IMG/VR virus record: IMGVR_UViG_3300025912_000012
Location: 32,001 to 96,000 of that record
From: a virus
Lineage: Duplodnaviria; Caudoviricetes
Strand: one strand, 5' to 3'
Length of the DNA stretch: 64,000 nt
The notes under the pieces were generated by a model. It was not told the origin of the DNA and ran no database searches. It saw only the letters and a program-made list of their open reading frames with translations. This document shows, one piece after another, positions 38,069-46,118 of the stretch (the stretch's first letter is position 1; every line of letters begins with the position of its first letter). The translations under genes and the position numbers were made by a program.

Positions 38069-38142
38069 GGACATCAGTTCACCTGGTTGGTGGAGCTACG
38101 CTGATAACGTAGTCGTGCAGGGTTCAATTCCCTGGGTGTCTA
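38069..38142 (+). tRNA. tRNA-Ile(GAT)
   Basis: CTACG-CTGATAA-CGTAG. Confidence 0.88.
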
Positions 38143-38143
38143 C

Positions 38144-38216
38144 GGGCTAGAAGCCAAACGGTTGAGGCACCTGTCTTATGAACAGCGGATACTGGGTTCA
38201 ACTCCTAGCTAGCCTA
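38144..38216 (+). tRNA. tRNA-Ile(TAT)
   Basis: anticodon loop CT-TAT-GA. Confidence 0.85.
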
Positions 38217-38229
38217 CGCAGGAGGATGA

Positions 38230-38454
38230 ATGCTGAAAAAGAAATCGAAAGACATACGTCTCGGGGACCTGATCCGCACGATGTGGAAGGTGGAGGGCAA
38301 GACGAAGGTCGTCTGCCTGCACTGCGAGTGGCGACCCACCAAGGGCATCGGGTATCCTAACGCCACCCGGGAAGCCAGGGCGCACACCAGGGACAGAAAG
38401 CACCTGACCAGGGTCGCGTCCGTAGAGATCGTAGAATACCGCGTTAAGAGATGA
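38230..38454 (+). CDS. CxxC..H..H zinc-binding protein
   Basis: GGAGG RBS; CLHC...AHTRDRKH. Confidence 0.65.
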   Translation: MLKKKSKDIRLGDLIRTMWKVEGKTKVVCLHCEWRPTKGIGYPNATREARAHTRDRKHLTRVASVEIVEYRVKR

Positions 38455-38815
38455 TATGGACCTGGAACAGTTTTTCGCACATCACTCAGACGAGAGCATG
38501 GAGCCTGTCGATATCGTCTGGGAGTGGGTTCCTGCCGGAACCTACGGGTACTGGCAGCGGGACCCTCACCATGAGGCGATGAAAGTCCTCCGCGACGCTG
38601 GTATGCTGGCTCCCGTGATCACAGAGGAGCTTCCCTGATGGCTCCCCCTAGTGGTATCCGCGTCTACATCAAGAACCACTACAGCTGCGATGACTGCGGC
38701 GCGGAAAAAGGGAAATGGTGCATAGCGTTCAAGGACGGCAAGTCTCATCAGGGTTTGTTGCACAGGTCCCGGCTAGTCAAGTATCATAGGGACAGCGAGA
38801 ACTTCGGGTAAACAC

Positions 38816-38887
38816 GCCCCTGTCGTTCAAAGGACAGGACTACTGCCTTCTAAGCAGTCAATGAGGGTTCGATTCCTTCCAGGGGTG
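38816..38887 (+). tRNA. tRNA-Arg(TCT)
   Basis: cloverleaf. Confidence 0.92.
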
Positions 38888-38952
38888 CGATCCCCCTTTG
38901 ATAGAGCTGGGCAGGCACCTAAGGGGTCTAGGTGCTCGGGAAGACCTGCCAT

Positions 38953-39024
38953 GCTCCCATCGTCCATGGGTTAGGATCCGTGTTTCTCAGACACGGGAAC
39001 GGAGTTCAAGTCTCCGTGGGAGTA
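38953..39024 (+). tRNA. tRNA-Glu(CTC)
   Basis: cloverleaf. Confidence 0.92.
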
Positions 39025-39391
39025 CGCATGAAACCACTGACACCTGACGAACAGGATGCCCTGGCAGCCAACTGCGGCTGGTGCTGGGCGTATCCAGGAA
39101 AACCATGCGTCACAGTCTCCGGGGTGATCCGCAGGCATCCGCATAAGAGGAGGATCATCCGCGCAGAGCGCAGGGGAGTCCTCGGGGGGGTGGGGAGAGT
39201 ACTGATGGAAAACTGGAAGAGAAACGCATGACAACGGTATACAGGTGTCCTCGCGGCGGGTTTCACAAGTTCGCGAAGAAGAAAGTGATCGCTATCACCT
39301 GGGTTCACAAGGTTCCGTGGATTACCAGGAAGGTTAAGTGCACGAAATGTGGCGGGCTTTTCCCTAAAGGAATCACCGCACCATAATACAT

Positions 39392-39463
39392 GGTCCCATC
39401 GTCTATGGGTTAGGATCCGAGGTTTTCACCCTCGGGGACGGAGTTCGAATCTCCGTGGGATCA
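39392..39463 (+). tRNA. tRNA-Glu(TTC)
   Basis: cloverleaf. Confidence 0.92.
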
Positions 39464-39464
39464 C

Positions 39465-39536
39465 GCCGACATGGTGAACTGGCTATCACGCGTCTCTCAT
39501 AAGGACGAGTATCTCGGTCGATACGAGATGTCGGTA
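39465..39536 (+). tRNA. elongator tRNA-Met(CAT); Ile2 not excluded
   Basis: CGTCT-CTCATAA-GGACG; T-loop GTCGATA. Confidence 0.8.
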
Positions 39537-39553
39537 CGCAGGAAGGAAGGATC

Positions 39554-39772
39554 ATGAAGCAGCACATCTGGTGTCTCGTTGACCGGTTCACGAAGCTGAC
39601 AGACGAGATGAACGAGCTGAAAGAGCAGACCCGGGAGCTGTCCTCGGAGAGGGATCAGGTTGCCCTGGAGATGACCCTCACGGGACTGCACCTGCGGGAA
39701 CTGGGGAAGATGTGCGGAGTGAGTGCCCCGCTGATCTGCCGCCTGGCACAGAAAGCCAGGAATAAGATTTGA
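39554..39772 (+). CDS. small HTH protein
   Basis: LHLRELGKMCGVSAPLICRL. Confidence 0.65.
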   Translation: MKQHIWCLVDRFTKLTDEMNELKEQTRELSSERDQVALEMTLTGLHLRELGKMCGVSAPLICRLAQKARNKI

Positions 39773-39797
39773 CACCGGCTGCTGCTGGGTGTAGGGT
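39769..39797 (+). promoter_or_regulatory. internal promoter before the initiator tRNA
   Basis: TTGACA-17nt-TAGGGT. Confidence 0.7.
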
Positions 39798-39808
39798 TTA
39801 AACATCGA

Positions 39809-39882
39809 CGCGGGTTGGAGAAGCTAGGTATCTCGCTGGGCTCATAACCCAGAGGACCCCGGTTCGAATCCGGGACCCGCTA
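39809..39882 (+). tRNA. initiator tRNA-fMet(CAT)
   Basis: unpaired C1, three G-C pairs in the anticodon stem. Confidence 0.92.
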
Positions 39883-39919
39883 CTGGACCTGGGGTATGTC
39901 TGTAAACTGCCCCGAACTT

Positions 39920-39992
39920 TGGCCTCTAGCTTAACTGGCAGAGTCACTCCCTGTTAAGGAGTTCGGTCCCGGTTCGAATCCGGGGGGGTCAG
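39920..39992 (+). tRNA. tRNA-Asn(GTT)
   Basis: cloverleaf. Confidence 0.92.
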
Positions 39993-40033
39993 CGGATCGG
40001 GGTATATGGTTCCGCCCTGCCCCGGTCACCAAT

Positions 40034-40105
40034 GGTCCTATAGTGAAGCGGACATCACATCGCCCCGTCAAGGCGATAGCCCGGGTTCAACTCCCGGTAG
40101 GATCG
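40034..40105 (+). tRNA. tRNA-Asp(GTC)
   Basis: cloverleaf. Confidence 0.92.
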
Positions 40106-40239
40106 CTGGGGGAACAGTGTGGCACTGGTTAAAAAAGTACTCGTATTGTGTAGTTGCCACTGTCCCTACTGTCTCCCCAGAGGCGGAACGCATTGCGGTG
40201 TCAGCAGTAACGGATGTCCCGTAAGATGAAGGAACTGAA

Positions 40240-40428
40240 ATGATGCTTGCAGACAAACTGAACTCACCTGCCCTCACGGCTGTCGGGTTTTCTCTTACGG
40301 TAATTGCCTCAGCTTGTGTCGTGATTGCCTCAGCGCGGCTATTCGGGCTGCGGGGACTGCTAGTCTCCAGTGGCTTGCTGGCAATCGTAGCGCTTATCAT
40401 GGGTATTATAGTTGCAGGACACAACTGA
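40240..40428 (+). CDS. small membrane protein
   Basis: two TM segments. Confidence 0.6.
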   Translation: MMLADKLNSPALTAVGFSLTVIASACVVIASARLFGLRGLLVSSGLLAIVALIMGIIVAGHN

Positions 40429-40433
40429 ATTCC

Positions 40434-40504
40434 GGGTGACTAGCTCAATGGGAGAGCACTGGCTCGACAAGCCAGGGATAGGGGTTCAATTCCCTTGTCG
40501 CCTA
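40434..40504 (+). tRNA. tRNA-Val(GAC)
   Basis: cloverleaf. Confidence 0.92.
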
Positions 40505-40505
40505 C

Positions 40506-40587
40506 GGGGATGAGAAGGGTTCGACTAGCCTTAAAGCCGGTGATGCCGGAACTGGCTAGGACTCCGGTTCGACACCGGGCATCTCCA
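40506..40587 (+). ncRNA. minimal tmRNA: tRNA-like domain only, no tag reading frame
   Basis: GGGGATG/CATCTCC-A acceptor with G3:U70, stemless D-loop ending GGTTCGAC, CTAGCC/GGCTAG stem, GAC connector, TCCGG-TTCGACA-CCGGG T-arm. Confidence 0.8.
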
Positions 40588-40640
40588 CGGGTCCGGGGGT
40601 TAGCTTCAAAGGATTTTGTGGTTAGGTTCTGGACTTTCAT

Positions 40641-40713
40641 GCACCCGTCGTCTAAAGGACTAGGATAACGGCCTACGAAGCCGTTGATGGAGGTTCGATT
40701 CCTCTCGGGTGTG
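40641..40713 (+). tRNA. tRNA-Arg(ACG)
   Basis: cloverleaf. Confidence 0.92.
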
Positions 40714-40933
40714 CGCAAGGAAAGGAAAAGAAATGATAGCGGTACTGATAACTGCGGTAGCATTCTGCGGTACCTTGTATGCGACAGTCCATCCTGGTCC
40801 GCTGCACGGGTTTTTTCACCCCGCGCACTATTCCACAGGGAATGCCATAGCACAGGTCAGCTACGCGCTGATCATCGGGGCGATTGCTTACATGATTGAC
40901 AGGAGATTCTCGCGGAGGCGAAGAAGATAATAC

Positions 40934-41005
40934 GGTCGATTAGCTCAGCGGCAGAGCAGCGCCCCTACAAGGCGCGGCGCGGGGGTTCGAGTCCCTCATC
41001 GACTA
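40934..41005 (+). tRNA. tRNA-Val(TAC)
   Basis: cloverleaf. Confidence 0.92.
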
Positions 41006-41063
41006 CGAAAGTCCTGGTTAACTTACATATCACGTGTTCGCTTGCACTCCAGGGCTTTCTCAT

Positions 41064-41135
41064 GGCGGGTATAGCACAATGGTAGTGCGCTGGACTGTGA
41101 ATCCGGTTATCCGAGTTCAATTCTCGGTATTCGCC
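41064..41135 (+). tRNA. tRNA-His(GTG)
   Basis: cloverleaf with G-1:C73. Confidence 0.92.
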
Positions 41136-41321
41136 CGAGTAAGGGGGAGTTGTGAGGATTCTAGGGAGACGCAGGGAACAAAAGTGTTCCCTTTGCAGGA
41201 TAAGGCGTCGCATTAAAGGTGCGACTATTTGTTCTGTATGCTACAATAAGTCGGTCGGGACTTCGGTTAGGAGCAAGTAATGCATCGATATTATCCGGGT
41301 CAGTACACCTCGCGCTGACTC

Positions 41322-41401
41322 GCCGGATCTTGCACTGGGATGCTCGATTGCCTGTAAAGCAATTGCCTCTGGCTAGACAAGTTCGATTCTTGTATCCGGT
41401 A
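41322..41401 (+). tRNA. tRNA-Tyr(GTA)
   Basis: ATTGC-CTGTAAA-GCAAT, variable arm. Confidence 0.85.
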
Positions 41402-41824
41402 CGTGGGTAAAGTCCTCAGTTTTCCGCCAAGATGCCCGAAATGCAAGGCTCCCCCGCGAAGAGCAATAGGGAGTCAGAGCACCGGGCTGATCATCTATAC
41501 TTGCTCGGGCAAGGATAGGCATAAATGGAATAAGACGTTCACCAACCTAACCAGATAGCTGTCATGAAGACTTATTTTCCGAAGGAAATGATCCACGTGC
41601 GACGCGACGGGATGACCTTCTGCGTGATCTGCCAGTACCTGTGTGTACGCGGTCAGCGCTGTAACTGTTGCAGGCGTACCTGATGAAAATATGGATGTGG
41701 ATTAACACAGTGATAATACTGTCCTCACTTCCGCTGATAGCGGTCAGCGAGAATGCGGCAGCTGCCGCACTTATCGCCGGGGCGGTATCGACTGCCGTCA
41801 GGATGACAGTCCAGCGCTGAAAAT

Positions 41825-41896
41825 GCCCCCGGTGACGGACTCGCCTCGGAGCTTCCGAAGCTTTGATGTCTGGTTCGACTCCAGACGGGGGTACCA
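41825..41896 (+). tRNA. tRNA-Arg(CCG) with reduced D-arm
   Basis: intact acceptor, anticodon and T arms plus CCA; D region GTGACGGACTCGCCT. Confidence 0.8.
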
Positions 41897-41897
41897 T

Positions 41898-41969
41898 GGC
41901 TCGCATCTCACTGGTGTGGGAGAATGGCTGCAACCCATTCGTTGACGAGTTCGATTCTCGTGCGGGTCT
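41898..41969 (+). tRNA. tRNA-Cys(GCA)
   Basis: AATGG-CTGCAAC-CCATT, U73. Confidence 0.88.
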
Positions 41970-41985
41970 CGGAGGAGGAACAGAA

Positions 41986-42195
41986 ATGATACTGGCAGCA
42001 CAGACAGCACCGCTCGATACGTTTGATTATGTTGCCGCAACCGTCTTGTTCTGTCTCGGATGCGTCGGGCTACTGATCTGTTTCCTTTCGGAGGGATTCC
42101 GGAAGAAGCTGGGACTGGGCATTCCCGGGGGGAGTATCACGTTCGTCCTCGGGTGCCTGACCCTCCTCGGGTTGTGTGTCTTCCTTCTCCGCTAG
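41986..42195 (+). CDS. small membrane protein
   Basis: GGAGGAGG RBS, two TM segments. Confidence 0.6.
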   Translation: MILAAQTAPLDTFDYVAATVLFCLGCVGLLICFLSEGFRKKLGLGIPGGSITFVLGCLTLLGLCVFLLR

Positions 42196-42263
42196 CCCCC
42201 GATTGCGGATCTTTCACCGGGTTTCCTAAACCTGGCTGCCCGGTTCGACTCTGGGCGGGGGTG
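42195..42263 (+). tRNA. tRNA-Arg(CCT) lacking a D-stem
   Basis: GCCCCCG/CGGGGGT acceptor, TT-CCT-AA, TTCGACT. Confidence 0.78.
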
Positions 42264-42527
42264 CGTGAGCATAAATCCACCGCGAATATGCCTCCGTTGC
42301 AAGGTTTATCCCGCGACAGATGGCAGTAAATATTGTCCGCGATGCAGGAAAGCAGGAGGATAAGGAATGAGAAACCAGCCAGCCAGGAGAAAGACGGATT
42401 CAACCCGCAGGGTGAACGGAAAGCTCCAATGGCGCGTCTACGGGCTTGGATGGGTATCTACAAAAACGATGATAACTCTCGTTGTCATCACTGTCATCCT
42501 GATCGTGCTTATCTTCCTCGGTTTCTG

Positions 42528-43166
42528 ATGGCGGAGGACGAAAAGAAAAAACTATCCCCGGTTACCCTCGCTGCCGGGGCAGGAGCATCCATCCTGTCCA
42601 TGGTGATCGGGTCGTTTTTCAAGACAGCGGGGACTATCGCGGGGGCTGCTATCGCGTCCGTCACTTACAGCGTGGGTGCTTTCTGGTTTGAGGACAAGGC
42701 ACGCAGAGCGCACGCGAGAGTGGTTGCCCGGAGGAATCAGGGGAAAACGCCAGCTCCCTACGAGCGGCTGGCAGACCTGCCCCTGGAGCGTTCCCTGATC
42801 CGTGCTGAGGCGTCGCACAGCATCACCCGGGACTGGGGGATAGGCAAGCGGGTACGTGTCTCTGCGGGCATCCTGGCGTTCTGCCTCGTGTCCGCGATCG
42901 TCACCTTGTTCGCGATAGAAGGTGTGACAGGGAAGACTCTTTCCTCGAACCTGGGGAACGGGACCCAGTACGGGACGACACTTGGCGGGTACAGCTCCCA
43001 GAAGCCTTCTCCCGTGTCGTCGCCCAGCACCCCCCCTAGCATCCTGCCTTCCCCTTCCAGTGCCCCTGCGGGCTCTGGAGCCCCGTCAGGAGTGACTCCT
43101 GACGCTTCCCCGACTCCTACCGCCCCCGGTAGTATTACCTACACGGGGATATCGTCAGGACAGTAG
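42528..43166 (+). CDS. membrane protein with Pro/Ser-rich tail
   Basis: three TM segments; start MAEDEKKK. Confidence 0.7.
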   Translation: MAEDEKKKLSPVTLAAGAGASILSMVIGSFFKTAGTIAGAAIASVTYSVGAFWFEDKARRAHARVVARRNQGKTPAPYERLADLPLERSLIRAEASHSITRDWGIGKRVRVSAGILAFCLVSAIVTLFAIEGVTGKTLSSNLGNGTQYGTTLGGYSSQKPSPVSSPSTPPSILPSPSSAPAGSGAPSGVTPDASPTPTAPGSITYTGISSGQ

Positions 43167-43175
43167 GGGAGAAGC

Positions 43176-44189
43176 ATGAAAGTACTGGTCACCGGGAGCG
43201 CGGGATTCATCGGGGGATACCTCCTCGGGGAGCTGCTCCAGCGCGGGTACGAAGTCGTGGGGCTGGACAACTTTTCTAAATACGGGAAGGTACGCAGATC
43301 CTACGACAATGACTATCAGCTGGTCGAAGGTGATGCGCGAGATCCCGAGACGGTGACCCGGCTGCTCCGCGATTGTGACCATTTCATCGCGAACGCCGCG
43401 ATGATAGGGGGAATCTCCTACTTCCACGCCTATCCCTACACCCTGCTGGCAGCCAACGAGCGGATCACCGCAGCTGCCTGCGATGCGGCGCTCAGCGCAC
43501 GCAGGTACGGGAGGCTGAGGAAAGTCACGTTCATGTCATCCTCGATGGTGTACGAGAACGCCTCAGCGTATCCCTCATATGAGGGGCAGCAGCTCCAGAT
43601 CCCTCCCCCATCCTCAGCGTACGGATTCCAGAAGCTCGCGGTGGAATACTTCGCGAAAGCCGCCTGGGATCAGTACAAGCTTCCCTACACCCTCGTACGC
43701 CCGTTCAACTGCGTGGGCATCGGGGAATCCCAGGCTTTCCCGGAGAGGGATATTCTCCCTGGAAATACGCAGCTGGCAACAAGTCATGTCGTTCCCGACC
43801 TGGTACAGAAAATCCTGAAAGGTCAGGATCCGCTGCACATCCTCGGGAGCGGGTCGCAGGTGCGGCATTACACTTACGGGGGGGACCTCGCGGAGGGGAT
43901 CATCACCGCAATGGAACACCCTGACGCGGTGAACGAGGATTTCAACCTGTCCTCAAACCAGGGGACCACCGTACGTCAGCTCGCGGAAATGATCTGGCGG
44001 AAAATCAAAGGCGACACCCCGCTGAGGCTCATTCACGATATCCCGTTCGAGTATGATGTTCAGTGCCGCATCCCGGACGTGAGCAAGGCAGCAGGAATCC
44101 TCGGGTTCACCGCCAGCACTTCCCTTGATAAGATACTGGACGAGGTAATACCGTGGATTGACTCTGCGATCAGGTCAGGGGCGATATAA
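43176..44189 (+). CDS. NAD-dependent nucleotide-sugar epimerase/dehydratase
   Basis: TGSAGFIG, SSSMVY, YGFQK, RPFN. Confidence 0.93.
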   Translation: MKVLVTGSAGFIGGYLLGELLQRGYEVVGLDNFSKYGKVRRSYDNDYQLVEGDARDPETVTRLLRDCDHFIANAAMIGGISYFHAYPYTLLAANERITAAACDAALSARRYGRLRKVTFMSSSMVYENASAYPSYEGQQLQIPPPSSAYGFQKLAVEYFAKAAWDQYKLPYTLVRPFNCVGIGESQAFPERDILPGNTQLATSHVVPDLVQKILKGQDPLHILGSGSQVRHYTYGGDLAEGIITAMEHPDAVNEDFNLSSNQGTTVRQLAEMIWRKIKGDTPLRLIHDIPFEYDVQCRIPDVSKAAGILGFTASTSLDKILDEVIPWIDSAIRSGAI

Positions 44190-44190
44190 G

Positions 44191-44652
44191 ATGGCTGACT
44201 GGGATGCTCGCTGGCTCGGGCTTGCACGGGAAATCGGGAGCTGGAGCAAGGACCGCAATACTAAAGTCGGGTGCGTGATTATCGGGCTGGAATCCCGGCA
44301 GCTTCTCTCCGCTGGATATAACGGATTCCCCCGGGGAGTAGACGACAGCATTGAGGAACGGTACAGCGGTGAGGTGCGTGATGGGATCCGAGAGAAACTC
44401 CGGTGGACTGAACACGCTGAACGTAACGCGATCTACAACGCGGCACGTCACGGGGTCAGAGTCTGGGGTGCGGTCATGTACGTCCCCCTTTTCCCTTGCT
44501 GCGACTGCGCTCGTGCTATTATCCAGGCGGGACTGAAAGCGGTAGTGACCTGCGATAAGCCTGACCTTGTTCACCCGGTCTGGGGAAGCTCATGGGAGGT
44601 GTCCCAGATCATGATGCAGGAATCCGGGGTCAGGATTTTCTACACGTCCTGA
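44191..44652 (+). CDS. dCMP deaminase
   Basis: SKD..TKVG, GYNGFPRG, HAE.NAI, PCCDC. Confidence 0.93.
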   Translation: MADWDARWLGLAREIGSWSKDRNTKVGCVIIGLESRQLLSAGYNGFPRGVDDSIEERYSGEVRDGIREKLRWTEHAERNAIYNAARHGVRVWGAVMYVPLFPCCDCARAIIQAGLKAVVTCDKPDLVHPVWGSSWEVSQIMMQESGVRIFYTS

Positions 44653-45011
44653 GAGATGATCCTGCTCTTGACCGTCTCGTAAAGCATTCCCTGCACGTTG
44701 AACAGGACAGCGCACAGGACTTCCTCCAGGTCGCTTTCCCCGGCTTGCTGGCTGGAACCTTCCAGGATCAGCCTGAGATCCTGGATATGCCTGGACAGGG
44801 AATGCTTGTATACCTCCATGGGTATCCCCTGCTTCCAGTTGTCGCTGTCACGCATCTTCCCGTCGCTCTGCTGGCGATGCTTGTGCATGTACTCGCAGAA
44901 CCGCTTCTCCACCAGGGCGCTGGTGAAATTCCACGGCTCGTGCTTGCCCTCGGTGGTGTCCCGGGTTGCCCCGGTGGAAAACGTGCGCAGCTCAGACATG
45001 GGAATGATCAT
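44640..45011 (-). CDS. dATP/dGTP pyrophosphohydrolase-like protein (DUF5664-like)
   Basis: TFSTGATRD, DNWKQGIP, SLSRH, AVLFN. Confidence 0.7.
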   Translation of the reverse strand: MIIPMSELRTFSTGATRDTTEGKHEPWNFTSALVEKRFCEYMHKHRQQSDGKMRDSDNWKQGIPMEVYKHSLSRHIQDLRLILEGSSQQAGESDLEEVLCAVLFNVQGMLYETVKSRIISQDV

Positions 45012-45127
45012 ACCAGCTTCGCGATGATCAGGATCAGCGCGATTGCGAGGAGCACCAGGACAGGGTATTTGACGCACTCCCAGAAAAACTTGAGATTCAC
45101 CGTATTCCTCCTGGAATAGTAAAAGCA

Positions 45128-45158
45128 GCCCCTGTCAGCCTCTCGTCCTGACAGGGGC
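45128..45158 (-). terminator. terminator after lysis genes
   Basis: GCCCCTGTCAG/CTGACAGGGGC with a minus-strand U-run. Confidence 0.7.
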
Positions 45159-45172
45159 ATGCTCACGCCTGA

Positions 45173-45349
45173 TTATACGACAGGCGGCTTCGAGTTGGGG
45201 ACCGCGTAGATGCCAAGAGCTGCCGCTGCGGCAACTGCAGCGGAAACCCAGTGGTTCGTCCCGTAATACAAGGTCGCGAACGTCAGTGCCTGACCCGCGA
45301 TCCCGGTGAGGAACTTCGAGTACTGCCCGAGGTTCTTCAGCTTGCTCAT
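45173..45349 (-). CDS. holin
   Basis: two TM segments, ALGIYAVPN end, directly after endolysin. Confidence 0.75.
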   Translation of the reverse strand: MSKLKNLGQYSKFLTGIAGQALTFATLYYGTNHWVSAAVAAAAALGIYAVPNSKPPVV

Positions 45350-45350
45350 A

Positions 45351-46118
45351 TTATCCTCCGACGATTTTCTCCCAGGTCTGCACACCGCAGATCCCGTCTT
45401 CTGTGAGGTTGTACTGCCGCTGGAGCAGTTTCACCGCGTTCGCGGTTTCCGGACCATACTCCCCGTCCACGCTGCACTTGTACCCGTAGATGTAGTTCAC
45501 GATCGCCTGGACTCTCCGCACATACCAGTGCGGGAGGTTCGTATCGGAAACCCCCTGCTGCAATACGGGAAGCAGCCTGGTCACTGAGGAATATGTCACT
45601 GGTATCACGGTCCCTCCGGTAGAATCTGTCGTTCCTGCGCCCCCGAAAAAGTCATCATGTAGCAATGACTGATCCAGGGAGATTCCCCGGGCGACATCAG
45701 TCCACTGCGTCCCGTCCATCGCGGAGTTCACCAGCTTGCACGTGGACGGTCCGCAGATGTGCTCCCCGTGCCCGTAGTGGGCACTCCAGAGCCTCACGGA
45801 GTTCCGCTGGATTCCCGCCTTAGCCAGGATGGTCAGCACCCCGTTCATCGTGCTCACGCTCGCGTACAGGCACGGGCGGGGGGCTTTCTGCCGCTTAACC
45901 CACGCGGGAGCCTGCGCGGGGGTGGCGTCCCCGGGTTCCACATCGAGGCAGTCCGCGTCATCGTGCGCGAACACCGCGATGGACAGCAGGTTCGCGTGGG
46001 GAAACTTTGCCTTCAGCTTCGGGTACGTAGCCCAGTGCCCGTCCACATACCCTGCATATGCAAAGTTACCTGCGGGGAGTGTGCTGACATCGATTGAGTC
46101 AAACATGGTGATGGTCAT
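45351..46118 (-). CDS. endolysin (GH25-like barrel plus peptidoglycan-binding domain)
   Basis: LDVEPGDA, RPCLYAS, TQWTD; VDGEYGPET..AV...Q...LTEDGICGVQTW. Confidence 0.85.
   Translation of the reverse strand: MTITMFDSIDVSTLPAGNFAYAGYVDGHWATYPKLKAKFPHANLLSIAVFAHDDADCLDVEPGDATPAQAPAWVKRQKAPRPCLYASVSTMNGVLTILAKAGIQRNSVRLWSAHYGHGEHICGPSTCKLVNSAMDGTQWTDVARGISLDQSLLHDDFFGGAGTTDSTGGTVIPVTYSSVTRLLPVLQQGVSDTNLPHWYVRRVQAIVNYIYGYKCSVDGEYGPETANAVKLLQRQYNLTEDGICGVQTWEKIVGG

Noticed and set aside
40589-40637. Possible second (coding) piece of a two-piece tmRNA
   Set aside because: The tRNA-like domain is unpermuted and closed; this region is a simple hairpin with no tag ORF
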